DNA from: Treponema sp.
Lineage (GTDB): Bacteria; Spirochaetota; Spirochaetia; Treponematales; Treponemataceae
Direction of reading: 5' to 3'
NCBI GenBank assembly: GCA_024402475.1
Contig: JAKSTQ010000006.1
Location: 28,529 to 92,528, forward strand
DNA length: 64,000 bases
Under the pieces are notes generated by a model. The model ran no database searches. It saw only the letters and a list, made by a program, of their open reading frames with translations, and had not been told where the DNA came from. Positions 9,521 to 19,242 of this stretch are shown here, one piece after another. A program made the translations under genes and the position numbers. How positions within the stretch are numbered: position 1 is the stretch's first letter; every line of letters starts with the position of its first letter.

Positions 9521-10462
9521 ATGACTGACCAGAATAATTTTTATGACTATATCATTTTAGGTGCGGGATGTGCGGGGCTTGCAAGTGCTCAGTATGCTGC
9601 CCGCAGCGGACTTAAAACTTTAGTAATTGATACATCAATGCCTGGCGGACAGGCTCTTACAATTCCAGTGCTCGAAAATTATCCGGGACTTTATCCAAGC
9701 GTAAACGGAATTGATTTCTGCAATAACATGAAACTTCAGGCAGAAAGTTTTGGTGCAAAAATTATTCAGTCTGCTGTAAAGGCAATCGACAGAGTCAGTG
9801 ATACATACAGGATAGAAACTTCGGATAAGGAATTCAGCAGTTACGCTGTCTGTGTTGCAACAGGTGCCGGTCACCGCGGACTTGGCGTTAAAGGTGAAAA
9901 AGAACTTGAAGGCCGTGGTGTTTCTTATTGTGCAACCTGCGACGGTCCTTTTTTTAAAAATAAAAAAATCTTTGTTATCGGCGGAGGAGATTCTGCCTGT
10001 GATGAAGCCATGTATCTTAGTACTTTGAGCGATAAGATCACTCTTGTTCACCGTCGTGATACATTGCGAGCCCAGAAAGCAGTTGCAGACCGTCTTCTTG
10101 CAAATCCTAAAGTTAACGTAATCTTTGACAGCATTGTAGAAGAAATCAAAGGCGAAGGACGTGTTCAGAATATTGTTCTCAGAAATGTAAAAAGCGGTGA
10201 TATTCAGGAACTTGATTGCGATGCTGTTTTCATTTTTGCAGGAATGACTCCAAATACTGAACTTGTTGAAATGCTTCCAAAAGATGAAGCCGGCTATATT
10301 AAGACAAACGAAAAGATGGAGACTTTGTTCCCAGGAATGTATGCAGCAGGCGATGTCCGTGCAAAAACTTTCCGTCAGGTTGTAACAGCAGTAAGTGATG
10401 GTGCAATAGCGGCTCATCATGCACACGATTTTGTGACAAAAATAAAAGAACAAAAGAATTAA
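9521..10462 (+). CDS. trxB: Thioredoxin-disulfide reductase
   Basis: GAGCAG, GVSYCATCDG, GGGDSA, HRRD, AAGD. Start set at ATG 9521, 7 nt after TGtTATACT. Confidence 0.93.
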   Translation: MTDQNNFYDYIILGAGCAGLASAQYAARSGLKTLVIDTSMPGGQALTIPVLENYPGLYPSVNGIDFCNNMKLQAESFGAKIIQSAVKAIDRVSDTYRIETSDKEFSSYAVCVATGAGHRGLGVKGEKELEGRGVSYCATCDGPFFKNKKIFVIGGGDSACDEAMYLSTLSDKITLVHRRDTLRAQKAVADRLLANPKVNVIFDSIVEEIKGEGRVQNIVLRNVKSGDIQELDCDAVFIFAGMTPNTELVEMLPKDEAGYIKTNEKMETLFPGMYAAGDVRAKTFRQVVTAVSDGAIAAHHAHDFVTKIKEQKN

Positions 10463-10466
10463 TAGA

Positions 10467-12281
10467 ATGAAAAAATATCCGGTAAGAAAGTTTAATCAAT
10501 TCAAAAGACTGCTGGTATGTGCGGCGGTTTCTGTAATGTTTTGTGCATTTGTAAGTGCTGATGCTCCTAAAGCTGCCATGTCAAAAAATTATATGACAGA
10601 CATTACCAGAAATTCCGCAGATAAAAATCTTGGTATCAGCGAAAAAGATTTTCCCGCCGATATAGATTTCTGGAGTGACTATCCTAACGACCAGCTTGCA
10701 TATGTTCTTTCAGAAAGAATGACTGACGAAGAACTTTATGCACAGATTCTTATGTTTGGATGGGCAGGTGCAGAACCAAGTGAACTTTTGAACTCATGGG
10801 TAAGCCGCCGTGGTCTTGGAAGCGTAAAAGTTTTTGGATGGAATACAGACAATACGACTCTGGTTGCAAAATCTATCTCATCTTTGCAGAAAAAATCTCA
10901 GGAAAGAAAATTCAAGATTCCGCTGTTTGTTGCAACAGACCAGGAAGGCGGCTGGATCCGACATGTAAAAGGCAATACCAGCATTACGCCTGGAAACCTG
11001 AGTATTGGTGCCGGCGGTTATCCGATTGACGCCTGGTATTCCGGTTATTATATCAATAAAGAAATTGCGGTGCTTGGAATCAATATGAACTTTGCACCGA
11101 CTGTTGACCTTTATACTGACCAGAAATCTGCCATCATCAGTACAAGATCCTTTGGAGAAGATCCTGTTAAGGCGGGAATTCTTGGAACTGCTTTCAGTGC
11201 AGGATCAATGGCAGCTGGAGTTATTCCTACAGCAAAACATTTTCCTGGACACGGTGCTACAGAAAACGATTCTCATATTTATCTTCCTACAATTGACATT
11301 GACCTTAAAACTTTTCACGAGCGTGAACTTGTTCCTTTTAAAACTTTAATCGATGCAAAAGTTCCTGCAATCATGTCAGGACATTTAAGTTTTCCTAAAA
11401 TCAGAACAAATGGTGAACCGGCATCTTTGTCGCCATATTTTCTGCAAGAAGTTCTCCGCAAGGAACTTGGTTACACAGGCCTTATCATTACAGATGATAT
11501 GATGATGAACGGTGATACTTTGTATGCAGGTTCTTTAACTAATGCCTATAAACTTGCAGTCGAAGCCGGCAATGATATCATCATCAGTTCCCAGACTGCA
11601 CACCTTGATGAAAATCTCTGGACTGTAAACCTTGAACGCATGAAAACCAATCCTGAATTCCGCGCAAAAGTAAAAAGAGCAGCCCGCCGTGTTATCGAAG
11701 TCAAACTGAATTATTTTAAAGGCCCGAATGTTGCGCCATTGTATCCTGATCCGTCTAAGATTGACGAAGCAATTCCAGACAAAGAAGGCCAGAAATTCTT
11801 TTTTGATCAGGCATGTAAATCAATTACAGTTTACAAAAAAGGTGCATTGCCGTTTAAGCCTGAAGATTCAGGAAAAGTTCTTCTTGTAGGCTCTGAACCT
11901 GACTTCTTTAAAGAAATGAAAATCTATTACAAGAACACAAATGAAATTCGCCACAACTATTATCTTGGTCCTAACGAAGCTGCGGCCATTACAAATAATA
12001 TTCTTGCGGCAGGAAATTCTTATAAGACAATTTTTATCTGTGTTGCAGATGCCAACAGTGCAAAGGTTGCAAAAAATATTCTTTCTTTGCAGAAGCGGGG
12101 AGTAAGGGTCGTAGTATTTTCGATTATGGCGCCAATTACTTCTTATGGTTTGACTGATGCAGAATGTGTCCTGTTCGGATACAGTTATTCACCTTACAGT
12201 CTGCAGGCTCTTGCGGCAGTAGCTTCTGGTGTTATTCCTGCAAACGGAATTTTACCGGTTACTGTTCCAGAACGTCAGTAG
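10467..12281 (+). CDS. GH3 beta-N-acetylhexosaminidase (NagZ-like), exported, two-domain
   Basis: Signal peptide; DQEGG, NFAP, RSFG, KHFPGHG..DSH, ITDD nucleophile. Confidence 0.88.
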   Translation: MKKYPVRKFNQFKRLLVCAAVSVMFCAFVSADAPKAAMSKNYMTDITRNSADKNLGISEKDFPADIDFWSDYPNDQLAYVLSERMTDEELYAQILMFGWAGAEPSELLNSWVSRRGLGSVKVFGWNTDNTTLVAKSISSLQKKSQERKFKIPLFVATDQEGGWIRHVKGNTSITPGNLSIGAGGYPIDAWYSGYYINKEIAVLGINMNFAPTVDLYTDQKSAIISTRSFGEDPVKAGILGTAFSAGSMAAGVIPTAKHFPGHGATENDSHIYLPTIDIDLKTFHERELVPFKTLIDAKVPAIMSGHLSFPKIRTNGEPASLSPYFLQEVLRKELGYTGLIITDDMMMNGDTLYAGSLTNAYKLAVEAGNDIIISSQTAHLDENLWTVNLERMKTNPEFRAKVKRAARRVIEVKLNYFKGPNVAPLYPDPSKIDEAIPDKEGQKFFFDQACKSITVYKKGALPFKPEDSGKVLLVGSEPDFFKEMKIYYKNTNEIRHNYYLGPNEAAAITNNILAAGNSYKTIFICVADANSAKVAKNILSLQKRGVRVVVFSIMAPITSYGLTDAECVLFGYSYSPYSLQALAAVASGVIPANGILPVTVPERQ

Positions 12282-12975
12282 GGATTTCTTTCTTTTTAGT
12301 GTACTTCCAGTCGTGGGCGTAGAGGTTTGGCCTTAAGCCTGCAATGCGTTCGTTTTCGGCCTGGAGCTGGTCTGCAATCATTTTCTTAAAAGCATTCATT
12401 AAAGGTTCCGGGTCGGCGTTCTGGTTAACGACCGGTTTGAGGCCTGCGGGAGTTTCGAGTGACTGAAGTTCCTTGACCAGGTAATAGCAGGACTCAAGTG
12501 TGGAAATGTATTCCGGTTTTGGTTCACGCTTAAAGGTAAAGATGGAACGGTATTCTCCGTAAAATGACATTTTGGGTAATTTGAGAAGGTCGGGGTTGTG
12601 TTCAATGATTTTGCGGGAACAGAACCAGGTGGCATCGATAAGGATTACAAGAAGAGTTCTTCCATTCACGGTCTGAACAAGCCCTTCTTTTTTTGCAGTC
12701 CAGGCATCGTCTCCCGGATACATCAAAACCGGATAGTACTGTGGATCGCTTAATAATTCCTGAAATCTTTTATTCTGACTGAAATCAAGGCCGACAATGA
12801 TTTCGCTGTCTTTAAGTCCAAGACGGCAGATTCTTCCGGTTCCTGTGCGCTGGTGCTTTGCTTCTTTTGGATGCATGAGCAGAATGAATTTTACGCCTGT
12901 ATCAACTGCAGGTTTTAAAAGGTTACACAGACAGTGTGTTGCAGGTCTGAAACAATCGTAGCAGCGTTCGGCCAT
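12259..12975 (-). CDS. DTW-domain tRNA-uridine aminocarboxypropyltransferase (TapT/YfiP family)
   Basis: RCYDC..HCLC, HPKE, TGTG, DATW, STLE. Confidence 0.88.
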   Translation of the reverse strand: MAERCYDCFRPATHCLCNLLKPAVDTGVKFILLMHPKEAKHQRTGTGRICRLGLKDSEIIVGLDFSQNKRFQELLSDPQYYPVLMYPGDDAWTAKKEGLVQTVNGRTLLVILIDATWFCSRKIIEHNPDLLKLPKMSFYGEYRSIFTFKREPKPEYISTLESCYYLVKELQSLETPAGLKPVVNQNADPEPLMNAFKKMIADQLQAENERIAGLRPNLYAHDWKYTKKKEIPTDVLEQ

Positions 12976-13007
12976 AATTCATCCTTAAATAAAAATATTG
13001 ATGAGAT

Positions 13008-13037
13008 ACTATAGCAAGGCAAAGATAAATTGGTCAA
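13008..13037 (-). promoter_or_regulatory. sigma70 promoter of the DTW gene
   Basis: TTGACC-N18-TATAGT with TGn extension. Confidence 0.6.
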
Positions 13038-13149
13038 GAAAGGGAAATCTTAGAAAATTCTAATTTAAGTAATAATGGGTTTATTAAAAACTTTACTTGC
13101 TGTATTATAAGCTGGTAATTAAATTTCTAATGACACAAGGAGATGTTTA

Positions 13150-13821
13150 ATGAAAAAATTTATTATTGCAGCTGTAATGACAGTTAGCCTCGCATTCACA
13201 GCAATGGCAGACACATGGGTTAATGCTGGTTTTAATGCAGCAAATCTTTGGGATAAGAGAACAACAAGTTCAGTTGTAACTGAACAGCAGTATTTCATGC
13301 CTGGTTTGTATTTGAATCTTAATACATTTAAGAACAAGTCTTTGATGGGACTCTGGCTTCATGGAGACTTAGTATTCCCTGGAACATGTAAAACTACTGT
13401 AAATAATTCAAGCACAGAAAGAAACATTTCTGATATGTGGAATGATACAGCTATTGACTATGGATTTATTGTAGGTCCAATGTTCAGAATTCCACTTGGT
13501 TCTTTCCTTGACTTCTATCTTGGTGCAGGTTTTGCACTTAACTTCCAGAACTACAAGAGATCTGCAACAGTTTTTGGCGTTAAATCAGAAACAGAATTCT
13601 TTGCAATGAATCTTGGTCTTGGTGCAGATGTTGGTGTTAAACTTAATTTCAGCAAAAATATTTACATCAATGGCGGCTTGAACGCAAACTGGTTCTGGTC
13701 ATCATATGAAACAACAACAACAAAAGTTGGCGCAAATGTAACACAGCAGAAAGGCTGGACAGACAGCACATATTCTTCATGGGCTATTAAACCTTATGTT
13801 GGCGCAGGATTTGCATTCTAA
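13150..13821 (+). CDS. Small outer-membrane beta-barrel protein (OmpW/DUF2715-like)
   Basis: Signal peptide ending AMA, alternating amphipathic strands, C-terminal beta-signal PYVGAGFAF. Confidence 0.75.
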   Translation: MKKFIIAAVMTVSLAFTAMADTWVNAGFNAANLWDKRTTSSVVTEQQYFMPGLYLNLNTFKNKSLMGLWLHGDLVFPGTCKTTVNNSSTERNISDMWNDTAIDYGFIVGPMFRIPLGSFLDFYLGAGFALNFQNYKRSATVFGVKSETEFFAMNLGLGADVGVKLNFSKNIYINGGLNANWFWSSYETTTTKVGANVTQQKGWTDSTYSSWAIKPYVGAGFAF

Positions 13822-13850
13822 TTAATCTGATAAAACTTTTGCGTTTTCAG

Positions 13851-13887
13851 AAAGTGCACTATATAATTGGTATAGTGCACTTTTTTT
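13851..13887 (+). terminator. Intrinsic terminator / 13-bp palindrome overlapping the downstream promoter
   Basis: AAAGTGCACTATA-taattgg-TATAGTGCACTTT plus T run; TTGCGT-N17-TATAAT at 13839-13867. Confidence 0.8.
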
Positions 13888-13906
13888 ATGCACAAGGAAG
13901 AATTAC

Positions 13907-16447
13907 ATGGCAAAATTTCATGCATTAACAACAGACAAAGTAACAGAACTGGAAAGCAAAAATGAACAGGCAATCATTAATCTTGCCGGCGAATGTATGG
14001 TTCTTCTGGAAAATGATGGGACCCTTCCATTAAAACCAGCTGAACGAAAAATCGCTTTATACGGAAACGGCGCACGCCATACAATTAAAGGCGGTACAGG
14101 TTCAGGTGATGTTAATACCCGTACTTCTGTAAGTATCTGCGAAGGATTAAAGAAATGCGGCTTTGAAATTTCAACAGAAAGCTGGCTTGATAACTTTGAT
14201 GATATCGTAAAAAAATCTCTGGCAGATTACAACGAATTCCTTGAAACAGAAGCTAAAAAGAAAGGCCTTCCGCCTATCGTAATTGGAATGGGAAATCCTT
14301 ATAAGCAGCCTCAGTGTCCAAAGGTGACTGAACAGGATGTTGCTTCAAGCGGAACTGATATTGCAGTCTTTGCTCTTGCCCGTAACTCAGGCGAAGGTTC
14401 AGACAGATTCAGTGATAAAGGTGACTACTTCCTTTCTGACGAAGAAAAAGCAAATCTTGAATTCCTTCGTGCAAATTATAAAAAAGTAATTGTGCTTTTG
14501 AATATCGGCGGAATTATGGATGCTGCATCGATTAAGGCAATCGGAGCAAATACCGTTCTTCTTGCAAATCAGCTTGGCAATAACGGAGGAATTGTTGTTG
14601 GTCAGGTTCTTAAAGGTGAACAGATTCCTTCGGGCCGTTTAACTGATACATGGGCAAAAGATTACAATGATTATCCGTCAAGCAAGGGATTCAGCCACAA
14701 TAACGGTGATACTGATGATGAATATTATACAGAAGGAATTTATGTCGGTTACCGCTATTTTGATACTTTTGGCGTTGATCCGGTTTACTGTTTTGGTTAT
14801 GGAAAAAATTACACAACCTTTACTCAGACAGTAAAAAAGGTTGAAACAGATGAAGAAAAGGTTCTTCTTGAAGTAGAAGTTAAGAATACCGGTTCAGAAT
14901 TTGCAGGCAAAGAAGTTGTTCAGGTTTATGTTTCTGCTCCAGGTAAAAATAAGCCGTTCCAGGAACTCCGCGGTTTCGCAAAGACAAAACTTTTGCAGCC
15001 TGGTGAAAGCGAAATCGTAAAAGTTGAATTTGCTGCAGCAGACATGGCTTCTTATTGCAGTAAATGTGCATCATGGATTCTTGCAAAAGGTGAATATATT
15101 GTTCGTGTCGGAAGTGACAGCCGTTCAACAAAAGTTGCTGCAGTCATTACACTTGCAGATGATGCCGCAGTTCAGAAACTGACAAACTGTTTTGCCAGCG
15201 ATACAGAACTTGAAGAACTTACTGCGCCAGAAAATAAGAAGGTTCCTTGCGGTGTAAATGATGACAGAAGTGATGCAGTAAAAATTACGATTGATGCAGC
15301 AAAGGTAAAGACATTTACTCCTTGTTACAGTGATCCTGTTCGTCCTGAATTTTCAAAACCTGATGTAAAGGTAACTTTCCAGGATGTTCTTGCAAAGAAA
15401 GCAGTTCCAGAAGAACTTGCTGCAAGCATGGAACTTGAAGAACTTGCAGAACTTTGTGTCGGAATTTTCCGCAGCGATAATAATGGTGCCGGATTCATCG
15501 GTGCTTCCGGAAACAGAGTTCCAGGCGGCGCTGCTGAAACTACTGCTGTATTTGAAGAAAAGTACGGCATCCCGGTTACAATTATGGCAGACGGTCCTGC
15601 AGGTTTGCGATTGCAGCCACACTTTAAGGTATCAAAGGAAGGAACAGTTCTTCCGGGCGGAGAAGTGTTCGGAACTGTTGTAAATGAGTTCCCGCCTGAC
15701 ACTCCTTCTGATGCGGTTGATTATTACCAGTACTGTTCTGCAATTCCTATTGCATGGGCTCTTGCAAGTTCATGGAATATGGGCCTTGTAGAAGAATGCG
15801 GAAAAATGATCGGTGAAGAAATGAAGCAGTTCGGCGTTCACTACTGGCTTGCTCCGGGAATGAACATTCACCGTAATCCTTTGTGCGGCCGTAACTTTGA
15901 ATACTATTCAGAAGATCCTCTTATCAGCGGAAAATGTGCTGCAGCTGATACAAACGGTGTTCAGTCATGGGGCGGGCAGTGTACTACAATCAAGCACTTT
16001 GCAGCCAATAACTGTGAAGACAACCGTAACTACAACAACAGTCATGTGTCAGAACGTGCTCTGCGTGAAATCTATCTCAAAGGATTTGAAATTGCAGTCC
16101 GCGAATCTCAGCCGCTTTCAATTATGACAAGTTACAACCTTATAAACGGAATTCATACTCCAAACCGTTATGACCTGCTTCAGACAGTTCTTCGTGATGA
16201 ATGGGGATTTGGCGGTGTTGTAATGACTGACTGGTTCTCAAGCCAGCTCATGTGGGGCGACGGCAAAAAATACACCTGTTCTTCAAGTGAAGGCTGTATC
16301 AGGGCCGGAAACGACCTTCAGATGCCGGGCTGTGAAAAGAATATTCAGGATATTATTGACGGCGTAAAAACTGGAAAAATCACTTTGGGTGACGTTCAGT
16401 TCTGTGCGGCAAATATTATCCGTATTACAGCAAAATTCTTTGAGTAG
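13907..16447 (+). CDS. GH3 beta-glucosidase with permuted domain order (sandwich, Fn3, then barrel); cytoplasmic
   Basis: VLLEND..GGTGSG..GEGSDR first; EGIYVGYRYF; then DGPAG, GRNFEYYSEDP, KHFA and VMTDW near the C-terminus. Confidence 0.92.
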   Translation: MAKFHALTTDKVTELESKNEQAIINLAGECMVLLENDGTLPLKPAERKIALYGNGARHTIKGGTGSGDVNTRTSVSICEGLKKCGFEISTESWLDNFDDIVKKSLADYNEFLETEAKKKGLPPIVIGMGNPYKQPQCPKVTEQDVASSGTDIAVFALARNSGEGSDRFSDKGDYFLSDEEKANLEFLRANYKKVIVLLNIGGIMDAASIKAIGANTVLLANQLGNNGGIVVGQVLKGEQIPSGRLTDTWAKDYNDYPSSKGFSHNNGDTDDEYYTEGIYVGYRYFDTFGVDPVYCFGYGKNYTTFTQTVKKVETDEEKVLLEVEVKNTGSEFAGKEVVQVYVSAPGKNKPFQELRGFAKTKLLQPGESEIVKVEFAAADMASYCSKCASWILAKGEYIVRVGSDSRSTKVAAVITLADDAAVQKLTNCFASDTELEELTAPENKKVPCGVNDDRSDAVKITIDAAKVKTFTPCYSDPVRPEFSKPDVKVTFQDVLAKKAVPEELAASMELEELAELCVGIFRSDNNGAGFIGASGNRVPGGAAETTAVFEEKYGIPVTIMADGPAGLRLQPHFKVSKEGTVLPGGEVFGTVVNEFPPDTPSDAVDYYQYCSAIPIAWALASSWNMGLVEECGKMIGEEMKQFGVHYWLAPGMNIHRNPLCGRNFEYYSEDPLISGKCAAADTNGVQSWGGQCTTIKHFAANNCEDNRNYNNSHVSERALREIYLKGFEIAVRESQPLSIMTSYNLINGIHTPNRYDLLQTVLRDEWGFGGVVMTDWFSSQLMWGDGKKYTCSSSEGCIRAGNDLQMPGCEKNIQDIIDGVKTGKITLGDVQFCAANIIRITAKFFE

Positions 16448-16526
16448 AATAAGTATTCCGTAAGACAGGGAATTCTTATAGTACCTCTTTATTGTTAGAA
16501 ATTACCATTTTTGCTATAATGCAAGA

Positions 16527-17825
16527 ATGGTAATTTCATCTATAGACCTTAAAGACGGTCAAGTTGTTCAGTTAAAGAATGGAAAAGATCTCGTCCTCGC
16601 CCGTGATGACGCAGATGCCCTTATCAATGATTTTGATTTTTATGGTGAAGTAGCGGTTATCGATCTTGATGCCGCTATGGGCCATGTTGATGCTAAAGGC
16701 AATACAGTAAATACTCCTTTATTAAAAAGTCTTCTGCGCAAAGGAAATGTACGCACAGGCGGCGGTGTCCGTTCTGTAAAGCGTGCCCGTGAACTTATTT
16801 CACTTGGTGCAGAAAAAGTTATCGTAGGTTCAAGTGCCTTCAAACCTGACGCAAAATCTGGTCAGGATATCCTTAATACAGAATTTCTTGATGAACTTGT
16901 TAATGCAATCGGCAAAGACAGAATTATCATCAGTGTTGACTGTATCAACGGAAACATTGCAGTAAAAGGCTGGACTGAAACTCTTTCTGTTCCTCTCGTA
17001 GAAGCTGCTAAAGCTGCAGAAAAATATGCTTCAGAACTTTTATTCACTTGTGTAGAAAAAGAAGGATGCATGCAGGGAACAGATATGGACCTTGTAAAGT
17101 CACTTCGTTCTGCCGTTAAGTGCCGCGTAGTTGCTGCCGGTGGTGTTTCAAGTGTTGAAGAAATTGCAGAACTTGAAAAGCTTGGTTGTGACGTTCAGCT
17201 TGGAATGGCATTGTATACAGGAAAAGTAAGCCTTAAAGATTCATTTATGGAATGCGTTGACTGGAAGAAAGTTGATGGAATGGTTCCTGTAATTGCACAG
17301 AGCACACATGGTGAAGTTCTGATGATGGGTTATGCAAACCGTGAAGCTCTTGCAAAAACTTTTGATACAAAGAAACTTACTTTCTTTAGCCGTACACGCA
17401 ATGTTCTGTGGACAAAAGGCGAAACAAGCGGTCACTTCCTTGAAGTAAAGAAACTTCGCGTTGACTGCGACAGAGATACAATTCTTGCAACAGTAATTCC
17501 TCATGGCGGCGTATGTCATACAGGAAGCTGGACCTGTTTTGGTGCTGATCCTGATGAGCACTCAAGCCTTGAACGCCTTTATGACGTAATTGCAGAACGC
17601 TTTGCAAATCCTAAACCGGGTTCTTACACAGCAACTCTTGACGGAAAGCGTGTCCGCGAAAAAGTTGAAGAAGAAGCAGAAGAAATCTGCGAAGCAGAAG
17701 GCAAAGAAGAAGTTATCTGGGAAGCTGCAGATCTTTTGTACTTTGTAAGCGTACTTATGTATAAAGAAGGCGTAAACTGGAAAGATGTCCTTGATGAACT
17801 TGACAGAAGACACAAGGAAAAATAA
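16527..17825 (+). CDS. HisA-like isomerase / HisI cyclohydrolase / HisE pyrophosphatase fusion
   Basis: SSIDLKDG, IDLDAA, GGGVR, SVD, AAGGV barrel; WTKGETSG, DCDRD, CHTG..C (HisI); SYT, EEAEE, EAADLLY (HisE). Confidence 0.9.
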   Translation: MVISSIDLKDGQVVQLKNGKDLVLARDDADALINDFDFYGEVAVIDLDAAMGHVDAKGNTVNTPLLKSLLRKGNVRTGGGVRSVKRARELISLGAEKVIVGSSAFKPDAKSGQDILNTEFLDELVNAIGKDRIIISVDCINGNIAVKGWTETLSVPLVEAAKAAEKYASELLFTCVEKEGCMQGTDMDLVKSLRSAVKCRVVAAGGVSSVEEIAELEKLGCDVQLGMALYTGKVSLKDSFMECVDWKKVDGMVPVIAQSTHGEVLMMGYANREALAKTFDTKKLTFFSRTRNVLWTKGETSGHFLEVKKLRVDCDRDTILATVIPHGGVCHTGSWTCFGADPDEHSSLERLYDVIAERFANPKPGSYTATLDGKRVREKVEEEAEEICEAEGKEEVIWEAADLLYFVSVLMYKEGVNWKDVLDELDRRHKEK

Positions 17826-17861
17826 CGCAAAAGCATTCGTTTTTTTTTGACAGAGGAAAGA

Positions 17862-19226
17862 ATGATTAAAATTATTAAACCGGAAGAACTTGAAGCTTCA
17901 TTTTTTGAAAGCCGTAATTTCGGCCAGTCAATTGATGTAGTAAAAACAGTTCTTGAAGATGTTAAGAATAACGGGGATGAAGCCCTTAAAAAATATGGTG
18001 CGCAGTTTGATGTTTCAAGTCCTGCGACAATGCAGATTCCTGTAGAAGAACTTAAAGCTGCTGCAGAAAAAATGAAGGCAGAAAATAAAGACCTTTATGA
18101 TTCGCTGTGCTATTCTCACGATCTTGCACTGCGTTTTGCAAAAAAGCAGCGTGAGTCTTTTGATGACTTTGAAGTAGAACTGGAACCAGGCCTTTATACA
18201 GGTCAGAAAAATATTGCAGTTGATACAGCCGGCGTTTATGTACCTGCAGGAAGATTTCCGCTTGTTTCTACTGTTGTAATGACAGTAAGCCCTGCGGTTG
18301 CTGCAGGATGTAAAAATATTATTATGTGTACACCGCCGCGAGTTCACCCGGATGATAAAGCTGCTGCAGAAAGTCAGGGAACAGGAATTCCTGGGAAACC
18401 ATTTACAGGCGGCAAACCTTACGCTGACGAAAATATTATGGCTGCGGCTTATATCTGTGGCTGTACAACAGTTTTTGCATGCGGCGGTTCTCAGGCAATC
18501 GGTGCAATGGCTTTTGGAACTGAAACTGTTCCTAAGGCTGATGTAATTGTTGGACCTGGAAATAAATTTGTTGCAGAAGCTAAGCGTCTTGTTTACGGAA
18601 CTGTAGGTATTGATATGCTTGCAGGTCCTACAGAAGTATTCATTATTGCAGATAAAACTGCAGATCCAAAATGGGTTGCAACAGACCTTCTTGCACAGGC
18701 AGAACATGATGTTGTAGCTCAGCCGGTTCTTGCTACAGATGATGAAGAACTTGCACGCAAAGTAAGTGAACAGATAGAAGAAATTCTTAAGACACTTCCG
18801 ACAAGTGCAACTGCCCGCAAAAGTATTGATGACTTTGGAAAGATTATCGTAACAAAAACTCTTGAAGAAGCTGCAGAAATTGCAAATAAAAAAGCTCCTG
18901 AACACCTTGAACTTGCAATGGACGATGGAGAAGACCGTAAAAAGATTCAGGCTCTTGTTCACAATTATGGTTCTCTTTTTATCGGTCATGGAGCTGCAGA
19001 AGTATTCGGCGATTATGCTGCGGGGCTTAACCACACTTTGCCGACTTCCGGTTCTGCAAAATTTACCGGTGGCTTGAGCGTAAGATGTTTTATTAAAACT
19101 GTTACAACTTTGCGAACTGACGAAAATGCCAGTGGTGCGCAGAACAGTGCAAGGGCTGCAGGCTATCTTGGAGATGCAGAAGGTCTTTGTGCACATGCAA
19201 TGGCAGCCCGCCTGCGCTTAAAGTAA
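17862..19226 (+). CDS. hisD: Histidinol dehydrogenase
   Basis: YVPAG, GGSQAI, GPGNKFV, AGPTE, QAEHD, APEHL, GDY..G.NH.LPT. Start at the ATG after GAGG. Confidence 0.96.
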   Translation: MIKIIKPEELEASFFESRNFGQSIDVVKTVLEDVKNNGDEALKKYGAQFDVSSPATMQIPVEELKAAAEKMKAENKDLYDSLCYSHDLALRFAKKQRESFDDFEVELEPGLYTGQKNIAVDTAGVYVPAGRFPLVSTVVMTVSPAVAAGCKNIIMCTPPRVHPDDKAAAESQGTGIPGKPFTGGKPYADENIMAAAYICGCTTVFACGGSQAIGAMAFGTETVPKADVIVGPGNKFVAEAKRLVYGTVGIDMLAGPTEVFIIADKTADPKWVATDLLAQAEHDVVAQPVLATDDEELARKVSEQIEEILKTLPTSATARKSIDDFGKIIVTKTLEEAAEIANKKAPEHLELAMDDGEDRKKIQALVHNYGSLFIGHGAAEVFGDYAAGLNHTLPTSGSAKFTGGLSVRCFIKTVTTLRTDENASGAQNSARAAGYLGDAEGLCAHAMAARLRLK

Positions 19227-19242
19227 TTTTTGGAGTACGGAT

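Noticed and set aside
12259-12281. Convergent 3' overlaps (also 25598-25601, 49317-49320, 56361-56374) as antisense regulation
   Set aside because: Short tail-to-tail overlaps are common in compact genomes, and nothing else supports a regulatory role.
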